DNA of 64,000 bases from Centroscyllium fabricii (GCA_051313645.2 JBNRSN020000014.1:120776001-120840000); one strand, 5' to 3'. Positions 22,972-36,700 are shown, counted from the first letter of the stretch. Notes: a model not told the origin generated them from the letters alone. Numbers and translations: made by a program.

Positions 22972-25900
22972 ATGGTAAACCCAAGAAACCAAGCTCCACG
23001 AACGCAGGGAGCTGGACAGAACGCCGGACGTGGATTGACTCTACCCGAGTTCTGGGAGCAACGGCCAGCGGCCTGGTTCGTCTGCATCGAGGCCAGCTGC
23101 CGCACACATGGCATCAACGGGGACGACCGCTACGACCTGGTGTTCACAGCCCTACCACAGACGACGATTGATCGGATGTGGTCAAAAATACAGCGCGTGC
23201 CCAGCGCAGGCAGGTATGAAACGCTTAAGGCCGCGCTTATCAAAAAATTTACCCCCTCCCAATTTGAGCGCGACTGCCAGCTCCTCGACCTCCCCGAACT
23301 CGGGGACGCAGACCCATCGGACCTCTTAGGTCAGATGCAAGCACTCACACCCAACCCGGCCTCCCTCTTCCGCACCGTCTTCCTCCTCAAACTGCCCCGC
23401 GCCATCAGACCGGCCTTGGCGGCCCTTGGCCACCGGAGCGATGACGAGCTCGGAGAGGAGGCCGACAGGCTCATGGAGGCGCAGCGCACCCGCTCAACCA
23501 CGTGCGACCCTAACTCCGCATCGGTAGAGCGCAGCCAATCACCCCCCAGGCACAACTTTACGCCTGAACCCAGGGCCCCGCGCCCGCCCAGACAACCGCG
23601 TCCCTCTAGCACCGGCTGGTGCTATTACCACACGCGGTTCGAACACAAAGCGCACCGCTGCGTCCAGCCATGCGCGTTCAAGCCACGGCCCAACTCAGCC
23701 CCCACCATGTCTGTAGGCCACACAGGAGCACTGCTCTTCGCCACAGACAGTGGTACAGGCCTCAGGTTCCTCTGCGACACAGGCGCGCAGCACAGCATTG
23801 TGCCAGCCTCCCCTGCAGAAACCAAACGAGGTACCCGGGGCCCACCACTAGCGGCAGCCAACGGCTCTAATATAAAAACGTACGGCACCCGCAAGCTAAC
23901 TATAACCCTTGCAAGCCACGCGTACACCTGGGATTTTGTAACGGCCCAGGTCACTTCTCCCCTCCTCGGGGCAGACTTCCTCTGCGCCTACGGCCTACTG
24001 GTCGATGTAACTCGGCGCCGTTTGGTGAATATAAACACCATGACGACCATCCCATGCTCCACAGGGCCCGCACTCGTGGCCCACGCGGCAGCCCAATGCC
24101 GCTCCAGGGACTCCGATGCCTACGGCACGCTCCTGGCAGAGTTCCCCGCCCTAACCAACCCCACGTTCACCGCCCGCAAGGCCAAACACGGGGTGGAACA
24201 TTTCATTACTACCACAGGCCCTCCCGTCCATGCCCACGCCCGTAGGCTCGACCCGGCCAAGCAGGAGATCGCGTGCACCGAGTTCCGCACTATGGAACAA
24301 CTCGGTATAATCCGCCGCTCCAGCAGCCCCTGGTCCTCTCCGCTCCACATAGCCCCCAAGCCCGACGGAGGCTGGCGCCCCTGCGGCGACTACCGCCGCC
24401 TTAACAATGCCACCACCCCGGATAGGTACCCCGTACCCCACATCCAGGATTTTTCCGCCAGACTAGCGGGTTGTACGATCTTTTCTAAGATCGACCTGGT
24501 GCGTGGCTACCACCAGGTTCCGGTACACCCGGCGGACATTCCTAAAACGGCCGTAATTACCCCCTTCAGACTCTTCGAGTTTCTTAGGATGCCCTTCGGC
24601 CTTAAAAACGCGGCCCAGGCCTTCCAGCGCCTCATGGACTCGGTCCTACGGGACTTGAAGTTCATCTTCGTCTACTTAGACGACATCCTCGTGGCCAGCA
24701 CCTCCCCCCAGGAACACCTCCTGCACCTCAGGACCCTGTTCCAACGCCTTACAGAACACGGCCTTATCTTAAGCCCCACTAAATGTAAATTCGGCCTCGA
24801 GACCATTGACTTCCTCGGCCACCGCATTTCCCAAACAGGGGCCATACCCCTGCCCTCTAAGGTGCAGGCGGTACAAGAATTCCCCCGCCCGCACTCCATT
24901 AAAGGGCTGCAGGAATTTCTGGGGATGGTTAATTTTTATAACCGCTTTATCCCGGGAGCAGCCGCTCTCATGACCCCCTTATACCAGGCCACCCGCGGGC
25001 AGTCCAATAAGGCTGCGGTCGAGTGGACGGCCGAAGCCGCCACAGCCTTTACCGCAACTAAAACGGCCCTGGCAAATGCCACCCTCCTAGCCCACCCTAG
25101 GCCCAACGCCAGAGTAGCCCTCACCACCGACGCCTCCGACCACGCGGTCGGGGACGTATTTGAGCACTGGACCGGCAACTCGTGGCAGCTCTTGGCCTTT
25201 TTCAGCCGGCAACTCCGGCCCCCAGAGGTTAAATACAGGTTGAGCACCGTTAATCCGTGTCCCGAATAGCCGGCAGCTTCAGTCTGCCGGCACAAATTGC
25301 CCCGACTGCACTGCGCATGCGCAAAATGGCAGCCCCCATCGTGGCTTCAGCGAATGATCTGCGCATGCACCGAGCGCATGCGCAGATCATTCAAAACAGC
25401 TGCGGGTGTTTTGAATGATCTGCGCATGCGTCACCGGACGGTTAGCGCATGCGCAGATAATTCAATACGGCCGCCCGTTATTTTCTCGACAGCTGAGCCC
25501 CGTGACTGAGGCGGACAGTCACTAGGCAACAGCTGTCAGCCTGAGTCCCGCTCGGCGGCAGCAGCAACCCCAAAGGCGATGGAGAGGGACGGCGGACCCG
25601 GGCCCGATCTGCGCATGCGCACGCCAGCCAATCGCAATGCTGCGCGCATGCGCGTGGCCATTTTGACTGGCGCGCATGCGCAGTGTCCAAACTCGTTCTC
25701 CCGGTTTTTTCCATTTCCCGGCACGGGCCTGGTCCCGCCCGTGCCCGATTAACGGTGCTCAACCTGTACAGCGCCTTTGATAGAGAGCTGCTCGCTCTCC
25801 ATCTGGCGGTACGACATTTTTGTTTCCTCTTAGAGGGCCGCCACTTTACAGCCTTCAGCGACCATAAGCCACTCACATTTGCGATGGCTAAGGTCGCTGA

Positions 25901-27332
25901 ACCCTGGTCGGCCAGGCAGCAGCGCCAACTCGCGGCCGTGTCGGAATTTACAACCGACATCCAGCATATTTCCGGCCGCGACAACATGGTCGCTGACTGC
26001 CTCTCACGCCCCACCATTAACGCCGCCCAAATGGCGGTCGATTACGCCCAGCTGGCCGCTGACCAGCTGGCCGACCCCGACCTACTCAACGCAGCAACTA
26101 ATCTCCCTGGCCTCCACTTGGCCAATATCGCGCACGGCCCCGCTACCACCGTCGTCTGCTGCGACGTATCCTTACCGCAACCCAGGCCCGTCGTGCCCCA
26201 CGCTTGGAGGCAACATATCTTTAGGACCCTCCATGACCTGTCCCACCCCGGCGCCCGTGCGTCCATTAAGTTAATATCGGCCCGTTTCGTATGGCGCGGC
26301 CTGCGCAAAGACGTCCGCGCCTGGGCCAGCTCCTGCATAGCCTGCCAGCGCTCCAAAGTGCATAAGCACATCAGGGCACCGCTGGAAAATTTTAAAGTAC
26401 CGGCCAGGCGTTTTGACCATGTCCACATCGATCTCGTCGGGCCACTATCGCCATCCCGGGGCCACACGCACCTAATGACCATGGTCGACCGCAACACTCG
26501 CTGGCCAGAAGCAGTCCCCCTCACCGCCACCGGCACCACGGACTTGGCCAGGGCGTTCATCGCCACCTGGGTCGCCCGATTCGGCATGCCCACAGACATC
26601 ACCTCTGACAGAGGACCCCAATTTACGTCGGCATTATGGGCGGCCATCGCCCGCGACCTCGGGGTAACGCTACACCGAACCACCGCATACCACCCACAGG
26701 CGAACGGCCTATGCGAACGGTTCCACCGCTCGATGAAGGCATCACTACGGGCCACGCTAAAAGACGCATCGTGGACCGACCGCCTTCCATGGGTCCTGCT
26801 CGGGCTGCGCTCGGCAGTCAAAGAAGACCTCAACGCCTCGGCAGCGGAGCTCATCTACGGCCAAACTTTAACGGTGCCGGGCGAGTTCCTGGCTGAGCCC
26901 AACGCTCCCTGGTCAGCCGACCAGTATTTAAAAGATTTTGCTAACCCGGCACGAGCTTTCCAGCCACTACCAGTGGCCCGGCACGGAGAGCCGGCAGCTC
27001 GGGTGCCGGACAACATTAAAAATGCTAAATTTGTGTTCGTCCGGCGCGACGGACACCGATCTCCACTACAGCCACCTTACGATGGCCCCTACAGAGTGCT
27101 TCGGGCGGGAGCTAAAGCTTTCGAAATACAAATGGGTAACAGGACTGACACTGTAACAATAGACCGGCTCAAGCCGGCACACGTGATAGCGGGCGAGACT
27201 ATGGTCCCCGCACAACCACCTCAACGCGGTCGCCCTCCCGCAACAAAACCCGCCCACACTCCACCGCTGAACCAGAGGCTACAAGCAACACGGTCCGGCC
27301 GCATCATCCGGCCACCCCAACGGCATACATAG
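22972..27332 (+). pseudogene. Single gag-pol ORF, open except for the MITE at 25236-25768
   Basis: LPEFW, CHCC gag, LCDTGA, YLDD, TTDASD, integrase DLVGP/SDRG/E, GPY; removing the MITE restores EVKY|SAFDRELL. Confidence 0.92.
25236..25766. mobile_element. TA-TSD MITE, copy 2
   Basis: TIR caggttgagcaccgttaatc / gattaacggtgctcaacctg; duplicated TA. Confidence 0.93.
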
Positions 27333-28097
27333 ACACTGTCACCATTCCTCTCAGACGGATTCTGGGGGGAGCTGTGTGGTGACACGCCCACTGGGGCATC
27401 GAATCCGCCACGGGGACTTCGCGGAGCAAAGCTTCGCTCATCCGGGTGACGCGACGACGTCACGTCGGCCGACGCGATGACGACACCAACCGCGGGACCG
27501 TTTAAATATGCCTGTCTCGAGTGGTTCTCTCTCTTTCTTGTTTTGTACTCGTTGATTAAAGCTGTGTTCTCTCTAGCTCTGGCTCACGTGTGGTTCCTAG
27601 GCCTGCCGGCGCTACACTATCTCCGTTTTAAATTTATTTAATGTTGCAGCTTCCACAGCTCTCTGAGGTAGTAAATTCCATAGATTTACTAGCCTCTGAG
27701 TGAAGAAGTTTCTCCTCCTCTCAGTTTTGAAAGGGCAGCCCCTTATTATAAGATTATGCCCCCTAGTTCTAGTCTCACCCATCAGTGGAAATATCCTCAC
27801 CGCATCCACCCGATCAAGCCCCCTCACAATCTTATATGTTTCGATAAGATCGCCTCTCATTCTTCTGAATTCCAATGAGTAGAGGCCCAACCTACTCAAC
27901 CTTTCCTCATAAGTCAACCCCCTCATCTCCGGAATCAACTGAGTGAACCTTCTCTGAACTACCTCGAGAGCAAGTATATCTTTTCTTAAATATGGAAACC
28001 AAAACTGTACGCAGTATTCCAGGTGTGGCCTCACCAGTACCCTGTATAACTGCAGCAGGACTTCCCTGCTTTTATACTCCACCCCCCTTGCAATAAG

Positions 28098-28400
28098 AAC
28101 ATAAGAAATAGGAGCAGGAGTAGGCCAATCGGCCCCTCGAGCCTGCTCCGCCATTTAACAAGATCATGGCTGATCTGATCCTAACCTCAATTTTATTTTT
28201 ACTCTCCATCCCGCCCAAACCCATGTGATCACCCGGGAGAGGCGAAAAACCAGATAAAAAACCCATTGGCCAATTTGGGAGAAAAAATCTGGGAAATTCC
28301 TCTCCGACCCATCTTGGCGATCGAAAACTGGTCCAGGAGATCACATGGCCGATCTGAACCTAGCCTCACGTCCACTTACCTGCCCGCTCACCATAACCCC
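28098..28400 (-). mobile_element. CR1 3' UTR fragment carrying the structured module
   Basis: Reverse complement of 42870-43175. Confidence 0.85.
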
Positions 28401-28899
28401 AATAAAAGCCAAGATTCCATTGGCCTTCCTGATCACCTGCTGTACCTGCATTAACCTGTGTTTCATGCACCAGGACCCCCAGATCCCTTTGTACTGTACT
28501 GATGCGGGACTGGAATCACAAACAGGCCACTATAGGTAAAGGAAGGACATTAGTGAACCAGTTGGGTTTTTATGACAATCTGACAGCTTCATGGTCACTT
28601 TTTAATTCAAATTCTCAAACTGCCATGGTGGGATTTGAACTCACGTTCCCTGGATTACTAGTCCAGTAACATAATCACTATGCTACCGTATCGACTACCA
28701 CCTCTTTAATTGTCAAGAGTGGCCATGCAGCATATAATAGCAAAGATCTTGAAATTTTCTTTTACAAGATTTGGACCAGGAAGAAACTTCTCCTGAATAA
28801 TAACACGCAAGTGTAATACACAGGTATTTTCCTTTTCTGTGTATATTGCGAGTTTATAACATTTGTTCGAGGAAGACTCTCTAAATTGAGAGTGTACTT

Positions 28900-29280
28900 G
28901 TAAGGCCCCTTAGTGGGTCAGTGGGTAAATGTAGCACTGGGTTATATGATTAGTCTGTGATGAGTTAGCTGATCGCAACTGGAATACTGGTGTTAGCCCT
29001 TGGGTTATGAAGGGGAATAATAATCAGCCAGGGCTTCTCGGCCCTGATCATCATCATTCAGTCATCTCTGCTGGAAGTACTTCTGCATGGATGTGGGGTG
29101 AGCACAGGATAATGCTTACCTGTGCCACTCCTCCTCCTCCTCTCTCCTTTCATATGTTCGAATAGGCTACCTAGGTTTGCAAATAAAGAATGGCCACTTG
29201 GGGCAAACTATGAGAGGGTTGTTGGCGTCCGTGCAACGATACACTGCCTTTATCATGGGAAAGGAAGGAGTGCGACGTCC
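28900..29280 (+). mobile_element. Old LF-SINE-like element
   Basis: Motifs gagttagctgatc, aatcagccaggg...cctgatc, gaatggccacttggg recognised from memory of the family. Confidence 0.5.
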
Positions 29281-29567
29281 AAAGCCTGAGAATCTGTTAT
29301 GCCTCCAGAATCGTGAAACATTAACTGAACAGTTTCACAGCAGCCAAGGGAGTTGAGAAGAAAATTTTTAACCCAGAGGGAACTACCTCTAGACAGCGTT
29401 AGAAATACAAGGTGGTGTTTGAGTAATTGCTTTCATCTCAGCATAGGAAGTTGTTGAATACAGTGTCTATCCAATCAGTTTTTAGCTTTAGGATTTGGTT
29501 CTCTGCTTCTTTCATTAGTAAGTCTTTGGTGAGCAGATCAATTCACAATTAATCCTTCAGATTAAAT

Positions 29568-30031
29568 GTCAGCTGTGGATCAGTGGGTAGCACTCTCGAG
29601 CCTTGGAGTCAGAAGGTTGTGGGTTCAGAGTCCCACTCCAAAGACTTGAGCACAAAAATCTAGGCTGACACTCCAGTGCAGTGCTGAGGGAGTGCTGCAC
29701 TGTCAGAGGTGCCACCTTTCGGATAAGATGTTAAACTTAGGTCCCGTCTGCCCTCTCAGTTGGACATAAACGATCCCATGGCACGATGTTGAAGAAGAGC
29801 CGGGGAGTCATCCCTGGTGTCCTGGCCAATATTATCCCTCAATCAACATAATTAAAAAATTATCTGGTCGTTATCACATTGCTGTTTGTGGGAGCTTTCT
29901 GTATGTAAATTGGCTGCCGCACTTCCTACATTACAACAGTGACTCCACTTCAAAAGTACTTCATTGGCTGTAAAACACTTTGGGACATCCTGTGGTCGCG
30001 AAAGGCACTATATAAATGCAAGTCTTTCTTT
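29568..30031 (+). mobile_element. SacSINE1/DeuSINE-like SINE
   Basis: tRNA-like head, central cagaggtgcc.cctttcggat...gttaaac domain, tail ggcactatataaatgcaagtctttctt; fragments at 39160-39645 and 44590-44670. Confidence 0.8.
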
Positions 30032-30170
30032 TCCGAGATGAGCAACACAAACCATCCCAGGGTGACAGTTGTTCCCTCCTTCCATCTCTATAGGTGCTTG
30101 TCCACAATAGCACGAGATTGAGAACTTACCATGACGAGCATCAATTTGCATCATTATCACTTTGCACAAT

Positions 30171-30908
30171 GGTCCGTATTTTCCGATCGGAGGCTTCCTG
30201 CGTGTGGATGCCTCTGATCTGGAAAAAATCTACGCCCTTACCTGAGGGCGCCGGAGGTTCGGACATTTCCGCTCCTGGTGCGCACGCACAGAGGCCCAGG
30301 CATCCCAGGGGCGCAGGCGGTTTGCAAGCGTCCCTGGGATCACGTGGACCATGGGGAACGATTGGAAGGGAATCCCCCTTCACACTTTTGACAGGACTCT
30401 CAGCTTAGATCTGTCAAAAGTATGAATGGGGATTACTCAAAAAACACACTAAAACATTAAATACATTTTTTTTAAATCACGCTTTTAAAATGAGTTAAGA
30501 TTCCATTAAATTAAATATTTTAAACAAAAATTTTATTTTTGAAAAGAAAACGTTTTTTACGGGGCTAAAAATAAACTTACCTTTTTTTAAAAAGTATTTT
30601 AAATTATAAATGAGTGTAAAAATATTATTTTTTTACTTTTTTAAAACTCATGCTGGTAAAAGCAGGCCTTACGCATACTTTTACCAGGTGTAAGATTTTT
30701 AAAGGTTTTCAGTGAGTGGAGGCTGTGCAAAAAGAGGAACTCTCTGCCCGCAGATGCCCTTCTCCAGGGCAGGCGGATGATCTGTCAAGAGGATTCTTGA
30801 CAGATTGGAAGCGCTGGTTTTCAGCGCATGCTGAAATCGGCACTTGCGAGGCCCCTACGGGTGCGTACACAGCTCGTACACACCCTTAGGGATCGGAAAA
30901 TACGGGCC
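30171..30908. mobile_element. PIF/Harbinger-like MITE
   Basis: 18-bp TIR ggtccgtattttccgatc / gatcggaaaatacgggcc, 3-bp TSD aat, GC-rich arms around an AT-rich core. Confidence 0.88.
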
Positions 30909-31122
30909 AATGTGTGGGAGGTCTGTCACGAGTAACACTTTAAATTAAAGTGCTAATAAAGTACACCGGAGTTGACCATTAGTATAAATGACATCTATGC
31001 TAATCCATCCCCTTGAATTCAGTTGTTGAGCTTGGATTATAGCACTAAGTCTAAGGCATTGGGTTTTAGTGGAAAGAAGGTAGAAGCTTATGTACTGTAC
31101 TGGCATTTCGGATAAAGACAAA

Positions 31123-31267
31123 ATGTGCGGGTTAGGTTGATTGGCCAGGTTAAATTGACCCTTAGTGTTAGGGGATTAAATATGTGGGGGTTACGGGGAT
31201 AGGGTGGGATATGTGTTAGTGCAGGCTCGATGGGCCGAAATGGCCTCTATCTGCACTGGAGGGATTA
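31123..31267 (+). mobile_element. 5'-truncated HE1-like SINE with a different short tail
   Basis: HE1 body followed by ggctcgatgggccgaaatggcctctatctgcactg; its (tctatgat)n end resumes at 31668-31704. Confidence 0.75.
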
Positions 31268-31268
31268 A

Positions 31269-31663
31269 ACATAGAAACATAGAAGATAGGAGCAGGAGTA
31301 GGCCATTCGGCCCTTCGAGCCTGCTCCGCCATTCGATGAGATCATGGCTGATCATCCAAACCCAGTACCCCACCCCTACCCTCTCCCCATATCCCTCTCG
31401 AACCTGCACCGACACATATCCCACCCTATCCCCGTAACCCCACATATTCAATCCCCCTAACACTAAGGGTCAATTTATCATGGCCAATCAACCTAACCCG
31501 CACATCTTTGGACTGTGGAAGGAAACCGGAGCACCCGGAGGAAACCCACGCAGACACGGGGAGAATGTGCAAACTCCACACAGATAGTACCCGAGGCTGG
31601 ATTTGAACCCGGGTCTCCAGTGCTGTGAGACAACAGTGCTAACCACTGCGCCACCGTGCCGCC
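31269..31663 (-). mobile_element. HE1-like V-SINE
   Basis: Near-identical to the other copies. Confidence 0.9.
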
Positions 31664-31721
31664 CTATTTCTATGATTCTATGATTCTATGAATCTATGAT
31701 TCTAGACAACTGTAAACTTAC

Positions 31722-31850
31722 CCAGCAGCCAGCATTGGGATCTTCACATCTTTCTGTTGTGTAGTTGGCGAGCTGATATACAGCACACTCCTCAGTGCCA
31801 TTGCATGAGTAACAGGAAGCTGCAGTCCTTAGTACTGAGGTTGTGGTTGC
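31722..31850 (-). CDS. Ly6/uPAR gene, coding exon 3 (first half of LU domain)
   Basis: ttttccccaatttgcag|...|gtaagt; 129 bp, phase 0/0; ATTTSVLRTAASCYSCNGTEECAVYQLANYTTERCEDPNAGCW. Confidence 0.88.
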
Positions 31851-32559
31851 CTGCAAATTGGGGAAAAATTTGAGGTGTTGAGTTCATTCTTTTATCATCT
31901 GCTCTCCTTCGTGCAGGTAGGCTTCACAGATTGTTAAAAAGGGAATTACGTAAGTATTTGAAAAGGAAGAATGTTAAACAATACATGGAAAGGGCAAGGA
32001 TTAGACCAGACAGCTCCAGTTGAGGAGCTAGCACAGACAAAATGGGCTGAATATTCTCCTGTGCTGTAATTACTACGGATGGCAACGATGGTGCAGCGGA
32101 GTTTGTTTGAACGAGTAATGAGGAAAACATCCTCTAAAATAGGTTGAGTTGAATACAGTGCAACCTCTATTATCTACTATAACATAGGGTCCCCTCCAGC
32201 AGATAATGGAATTGGGCAGATGATTAAGGGTTCGCAAAATTTAGTCTTATGTGCACAGCAATACACCGGGCACCAGATCAAAGACAATATAAATAACAAA
32301 AGAAGAATTATACGTGTGTAAGCGGGCTTTCCATTGAAGTTACAACGATGGAGTGGGAGAAGCCCTGAGGATAATCATCCCCCACCTAATTTTATTCACA
32401 GAGAAAAGAAGTGAAAATACAAAAGGAAACATTAGCAAGTTGTGCGGAGTGAGGTAATGTCGCACCAAGGCTTTGTCCCGTAAAAGGTTGGCCCATTTTA
32501 GTTCGTCCATCCTGAACAGGTCAATGAAGTTTTGAAAAAAAACTGATTTTTAAATTTTT

Positions 32560-33040
32560 TCGTTGATGGGATGTGGGCGTCGCTGGCTGGCTAGGCCTGC
32601 ATATAGTGCCCATCCCTAATTGCCCTTGAGAAGATGGTGGTGAGCCGCCTTCTTGAACTGCTGCAGTCCATATGGTGTAGGTACACCCACAATGTTGCGT
32701 AGCGTTTTTTTTTACAACTGAGTGGCTTGCTAGGCCATTTCAGAGGGCATTAAGAGTCAACCACATTGCTGTGGGTCTGGAGTCACATGTAGGCCAGACC
32801 AGGTAAGGACGGCAGATTTCCCTCCCTAAAGGACATTGGTGAACCAGATGGGTTTTTGCAACAATCGACAATGTTGGTCGCCATTACTAAGACTAACATT
32901 TAATTCCAGAATTAAATTGAATTGAATTTAAATCTCACCAGCTGCCGTGGTGGGATTTGAACCCATATCCTCAGAGCATTTGACTGAGCTTCTGGCTTAC
33001 TAGTCTAGTGATATAACCACTACGCCACCACCTCCCCTAT
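32560..33040 (-). mobile_element. tRNA-derived SINE with LINE-type tail
   Basis: Same family as 1-283; tail shared with 3932-4060. Confidence 0.8.
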
Positions 33041-33340
33041 TACAACTGGGAGTTGGACTGCAGGTGTCTGCCAGAGCCGGGAACCAGCAGTAGCAGAGAT
33101 GGCGCCAAAAGAGCAGCAAGGCACAAGTGTTAGTGGATCAGGCCAGGCAGTAGAAGAGGATGGGGCAGAACTGAGCATACCAGGTCACAAAGAGCAGAAA
33201 TAGTTCATGTGTGGGTGGGAGGTGTTTGATTTTTAATGTATGCTGAGCCTTTTAATGAATGGCAGGCTTGGACTTTTAGTGTGCCATGTGGATCTAGCCA
33301 CTTATTCCAATAATTATTAATTTTTGTGGTTATAGTTTAG

Positions 33341-33744
33341 AAACATAGAAACATAGAAGCTAGGAGCAGGAGTAGGCCATTCGGCCCTTCGAGCCTGCTC
33401 CGCCATTCAATGAGATCATGGCTGATCATCCAAACCCAGCACCCTGCCCCTGCCCTCTCCCCATATCCCTCGATCCCTATCGAGCCTGCACCGACACATA
33501 TCCCACCCTATCCCTGTAACCCCACACATTCAATCCCCCTAACACTAAGGGTCAATTTATCCTGGCCAATCAACCTAACCCGCACATCTTTGGACTGTGG
33601 GAGGAAACCGGAGCACCCGGAGGAAACCCACGCAGACACGGGGAGAATGTGCAAACTCCACACAGATAGTCACCCGAGGCCAGATTTGAACCCGGGTCTC
33701 TAGTGCTGTGAGGCAACAGTGCTAACCACTATGCCACCGTGCCG
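33341..33744 (-). mobile_element. HE1-like V-SINE
   Basis: Near-identical to the other copies. Confidence 0.9.
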
Positions 33745-33759
33745 TCTCTGTTGTATATC

Positions 33760-36700
33760 AGGGAGTGGTAGTAAAAAAGGGCACTTGAGTATATCATTTA
33801 ATTGTAGTGCAATTGGTGGTATTGATTTGATTTAATTTAATTTGAATTAATTAAAGGGTAAGTCATGACAGCACAGCTCGGCCCCGTGGCATGCTCCTCC
33901 TGCACTATGTGGGAAATCAGGGACACATCCTGTGTTCCTGACGACCATGTGTGCGGGGAGTGTATCCAGCTGCAGCTACTGGCAGACCACAATACATAAT
34001 GGAGCATTCACGATGCTGAGGACATTGTGGATAGCACGTTTAATGTGTTGGTCACACCGCAGGTAAAGGCTGCACAGGCAGGAAGGGAATGGGTGACCAC
34101 CAGGCAGAGTAGTAGGCACAGGCAGGTAATGCAGGGGTCCTCTGTGGCCATTCTCCTCTCAAACAGATATACCACATTGGATATTGTTGAGGGAGATGGC
34201 TTATTGGGGGAAGGCAGCAGCAAACTTCCTGGCACCATGGGTGGTCCTGCTGCACAGGACAGGAGGAAAAAGAGCGGGAGAGGTACAGTGATAGGGGATG
34301 CTATTGTAAGGGGAATAGATAGGCATTTCTGCAGCTGCAAATGAGACTCCAGGATGGTATGTTGCCTCCCTGGTGCAAGGGTCAAGGATGTCTTGGGGCA
34401 GCTGCAGGGCATTGTGGAGGGGGAGGGTGAACAGCCAGTTGTCATGGTGCATATAGGTACCAAAAACATAGGTAGAAAATGGGATGAGGTCCTAAAAGCT
34501 GAATTTAGGGAGCTGGAAGGTAAATTTAAAAATAGGACCTCAAAGGTAGTGATCTCAGGATTGCTACCAGTGGCACGTGCTAATCAGAGTAGACATAGAA
34601 GGATATTTCAGATTAATACGTGGCTTGAGGAATGGTGCAATGGGGTGGGATTCAAATTCCTGGGACATTGGAACTGGTTCCGGGGGAGGTGGGACCAGTA
34701 CAAACTGGACGGTTTGCATCTGGGCAGGACCAGGACTGATGTCCATGGGGAAGTGTTTGCTAGTGCTGTTGATAAGGGTTTAAACTAAAATGGCAGGGGG
34801 TTGGGAACCTGTGCAGGGAGACAGAGGAAAGGGAAGCAAGGATAGAAGCAAAAGACAGGAAGGAGAAAAGCTAAAGTGGAAGCCAGAGAAATCAAGGGTG
34901 TAAATCAAACAGGGCTACAGTAAATAATAATTCTAAAAGGACTAAGAGTGTTAAAAAATCAGGCCTGAAGGCTTTGTGTCTTAATGCGAGGAGCATTCAT
35001 AATAAGGTGGCTGAATTAGCTGCGCAAATAGAGGTACACAGATATGATATAATTGGAATTACAGAGACATGGCTCCAGGGTGACCAAGGCTGGGAATTCA
35101 ACATCCAGGGGTATTCAATATTCAGCAAGGACAGGAAAAAAGGAAAAGTTGGTGGGGTAGCATTGCAGGTTAAAGAGGCGATTAACATAATTGTAAGGAA
35201 GGATATTAGCTTTGATGATGTGGAATCTGTATGGGCAGAGCTGAGAAATACCATGGGGCAGAAAACGTTAGTGGGAGTTGTATACAGACCTTCAAACAGT
35301 AATGCTGAGGATGGGGATGGCATTAAATGGGAAATTAGAGACGCGTACAATCTGAGAATATGGGGCTCCCCTTTCAAAACTGAGATGAGAAGAAACTTCT
35401 TCACTCAGAGGGTGGTAGGTCTGTGGAATTTGCTGCCCCAGAGAGCTGTGGAAGCTACTACTTTGAATGAATTTAAAACCGAGATAGATAGTTTCTTGGA
35501 AGTAAAGGGAATTAGGGGTTACCGTGAGCGGGCAGGTAAGTGGGCGTAAGGCTAGGTTCAAATCGGCCATGTGATCTCCTGGACAAGTTTCGATCACCTA
35601 GATGGGTCGGAGAGGAATTTCCCAGATTTTTTCTCCCAAATTGGCCACTGGGTTTTTGTCTGGCTTTTCGCCTCTCCCGGGAGATCACATGGGTTCGGGC
35701 AGGATGGAGAGTGAAAGTAGATTTGAGGTTAGGATCAGATCAGCCATGATCTTGTTGAATGGCGGAGCAGGCTCGAGGGGCCGATTGGCCTACTCCTGCT
35801 CCTATTTCTTATGTTCTTATCATGGGAGACTTCAATTTACATATAGATTGGGCTAACCAAATTAGTAACAATGCTGTGGAGGAGGAATTCCTGGAGTGTA
35901 TACGGGATGGTTTCCTGGACCAATATGTCGAGGAACCAACTAGAGATCAGGCCATCTTAGACTGGGTATTATGTAATGAGAACGGATCAATTAGCAATCT
36001 TGTTGTGAGAGGCTTCTTGGGGAGAAGTGATCATAATATGATAGAATTCTTCATTAAGATGGAAAGTGAGGTAGTTGACTCAGAGACTAGGGTCCTGAAT
36101 TTAAATAAAGGAAACTATGATGGTATGAGGCGCGAGTTGGCTAGGATAGATTGGGGAACGGTACTTAAAGGGTTGATGGTGGATAGGTAATGGCAAACAT
36201 TTAAAGATCGCATGGATGAACTACAGAATTTGTTCATCCCTGTTTGGCATAAAAATAAAACAAAAAGGTGACTCAACCGTGGCTAACAAGGGAAATTAGG
36301 GATAGCATAAGATCCAAGGAGAGGACATATAATTTGGCCAGAAAAAGCAGCAAACCTGAGGATTGGGAGCAGTTTCGGACTCAGCAAAGGATGACAAAGG
36401 GATTAGTTAAGAGGGGGGAAATTGAGTATGAGAGTAAGCTTGCAGGAAACATAAAAACTGACAGTAAAAGCTTTTATAGATATGTGAAAAGAAAAAGATT
36501 GGTGAAGTCAAGCATAGGTCCCTTGCAGTCAGAATCAGGGGAATTTATAATGGGGAACAAAGAAATGGCAGACCAATTAAATACATACTTCGGTCTGTCT
36601 TCACAAAGGAGGACACAAATAACCTCCCAGAGTGTCGGGGAACATAGGGTCTAATGAGAAGGAGGAATTAAATGAAATCAGTATTTATAGGGAAATGGTG

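Larger units (their letters stand above)
22639..27616 (+). mobile_element. Full-length CsRn1-like Gypsy LTR retrotransposon carrying a MITE in RNase H
   Basis: LTRs 22639-22884 and 27375-27616, TSD ctat, tRNA-Trp PBS tggtgaccccga, PPT. Confidence 0.96.
22482..28097 (-). mobile_element. CR1 3' fragment split by the Gypsy insertion (22482-22638 and 27621-28097)
   Basis: CR1 tail and RT C-terminus (LVRPHLEYCVQFW) are continuous across the TSD ctat. Confidence 0.85.

Noticed and set aside
30925-30940. TGA in LKCYS* read as selenocysteine
   Set aside because: The segment is disrupted by a MITE and no SECIS was identified; decay or chance is more likely.
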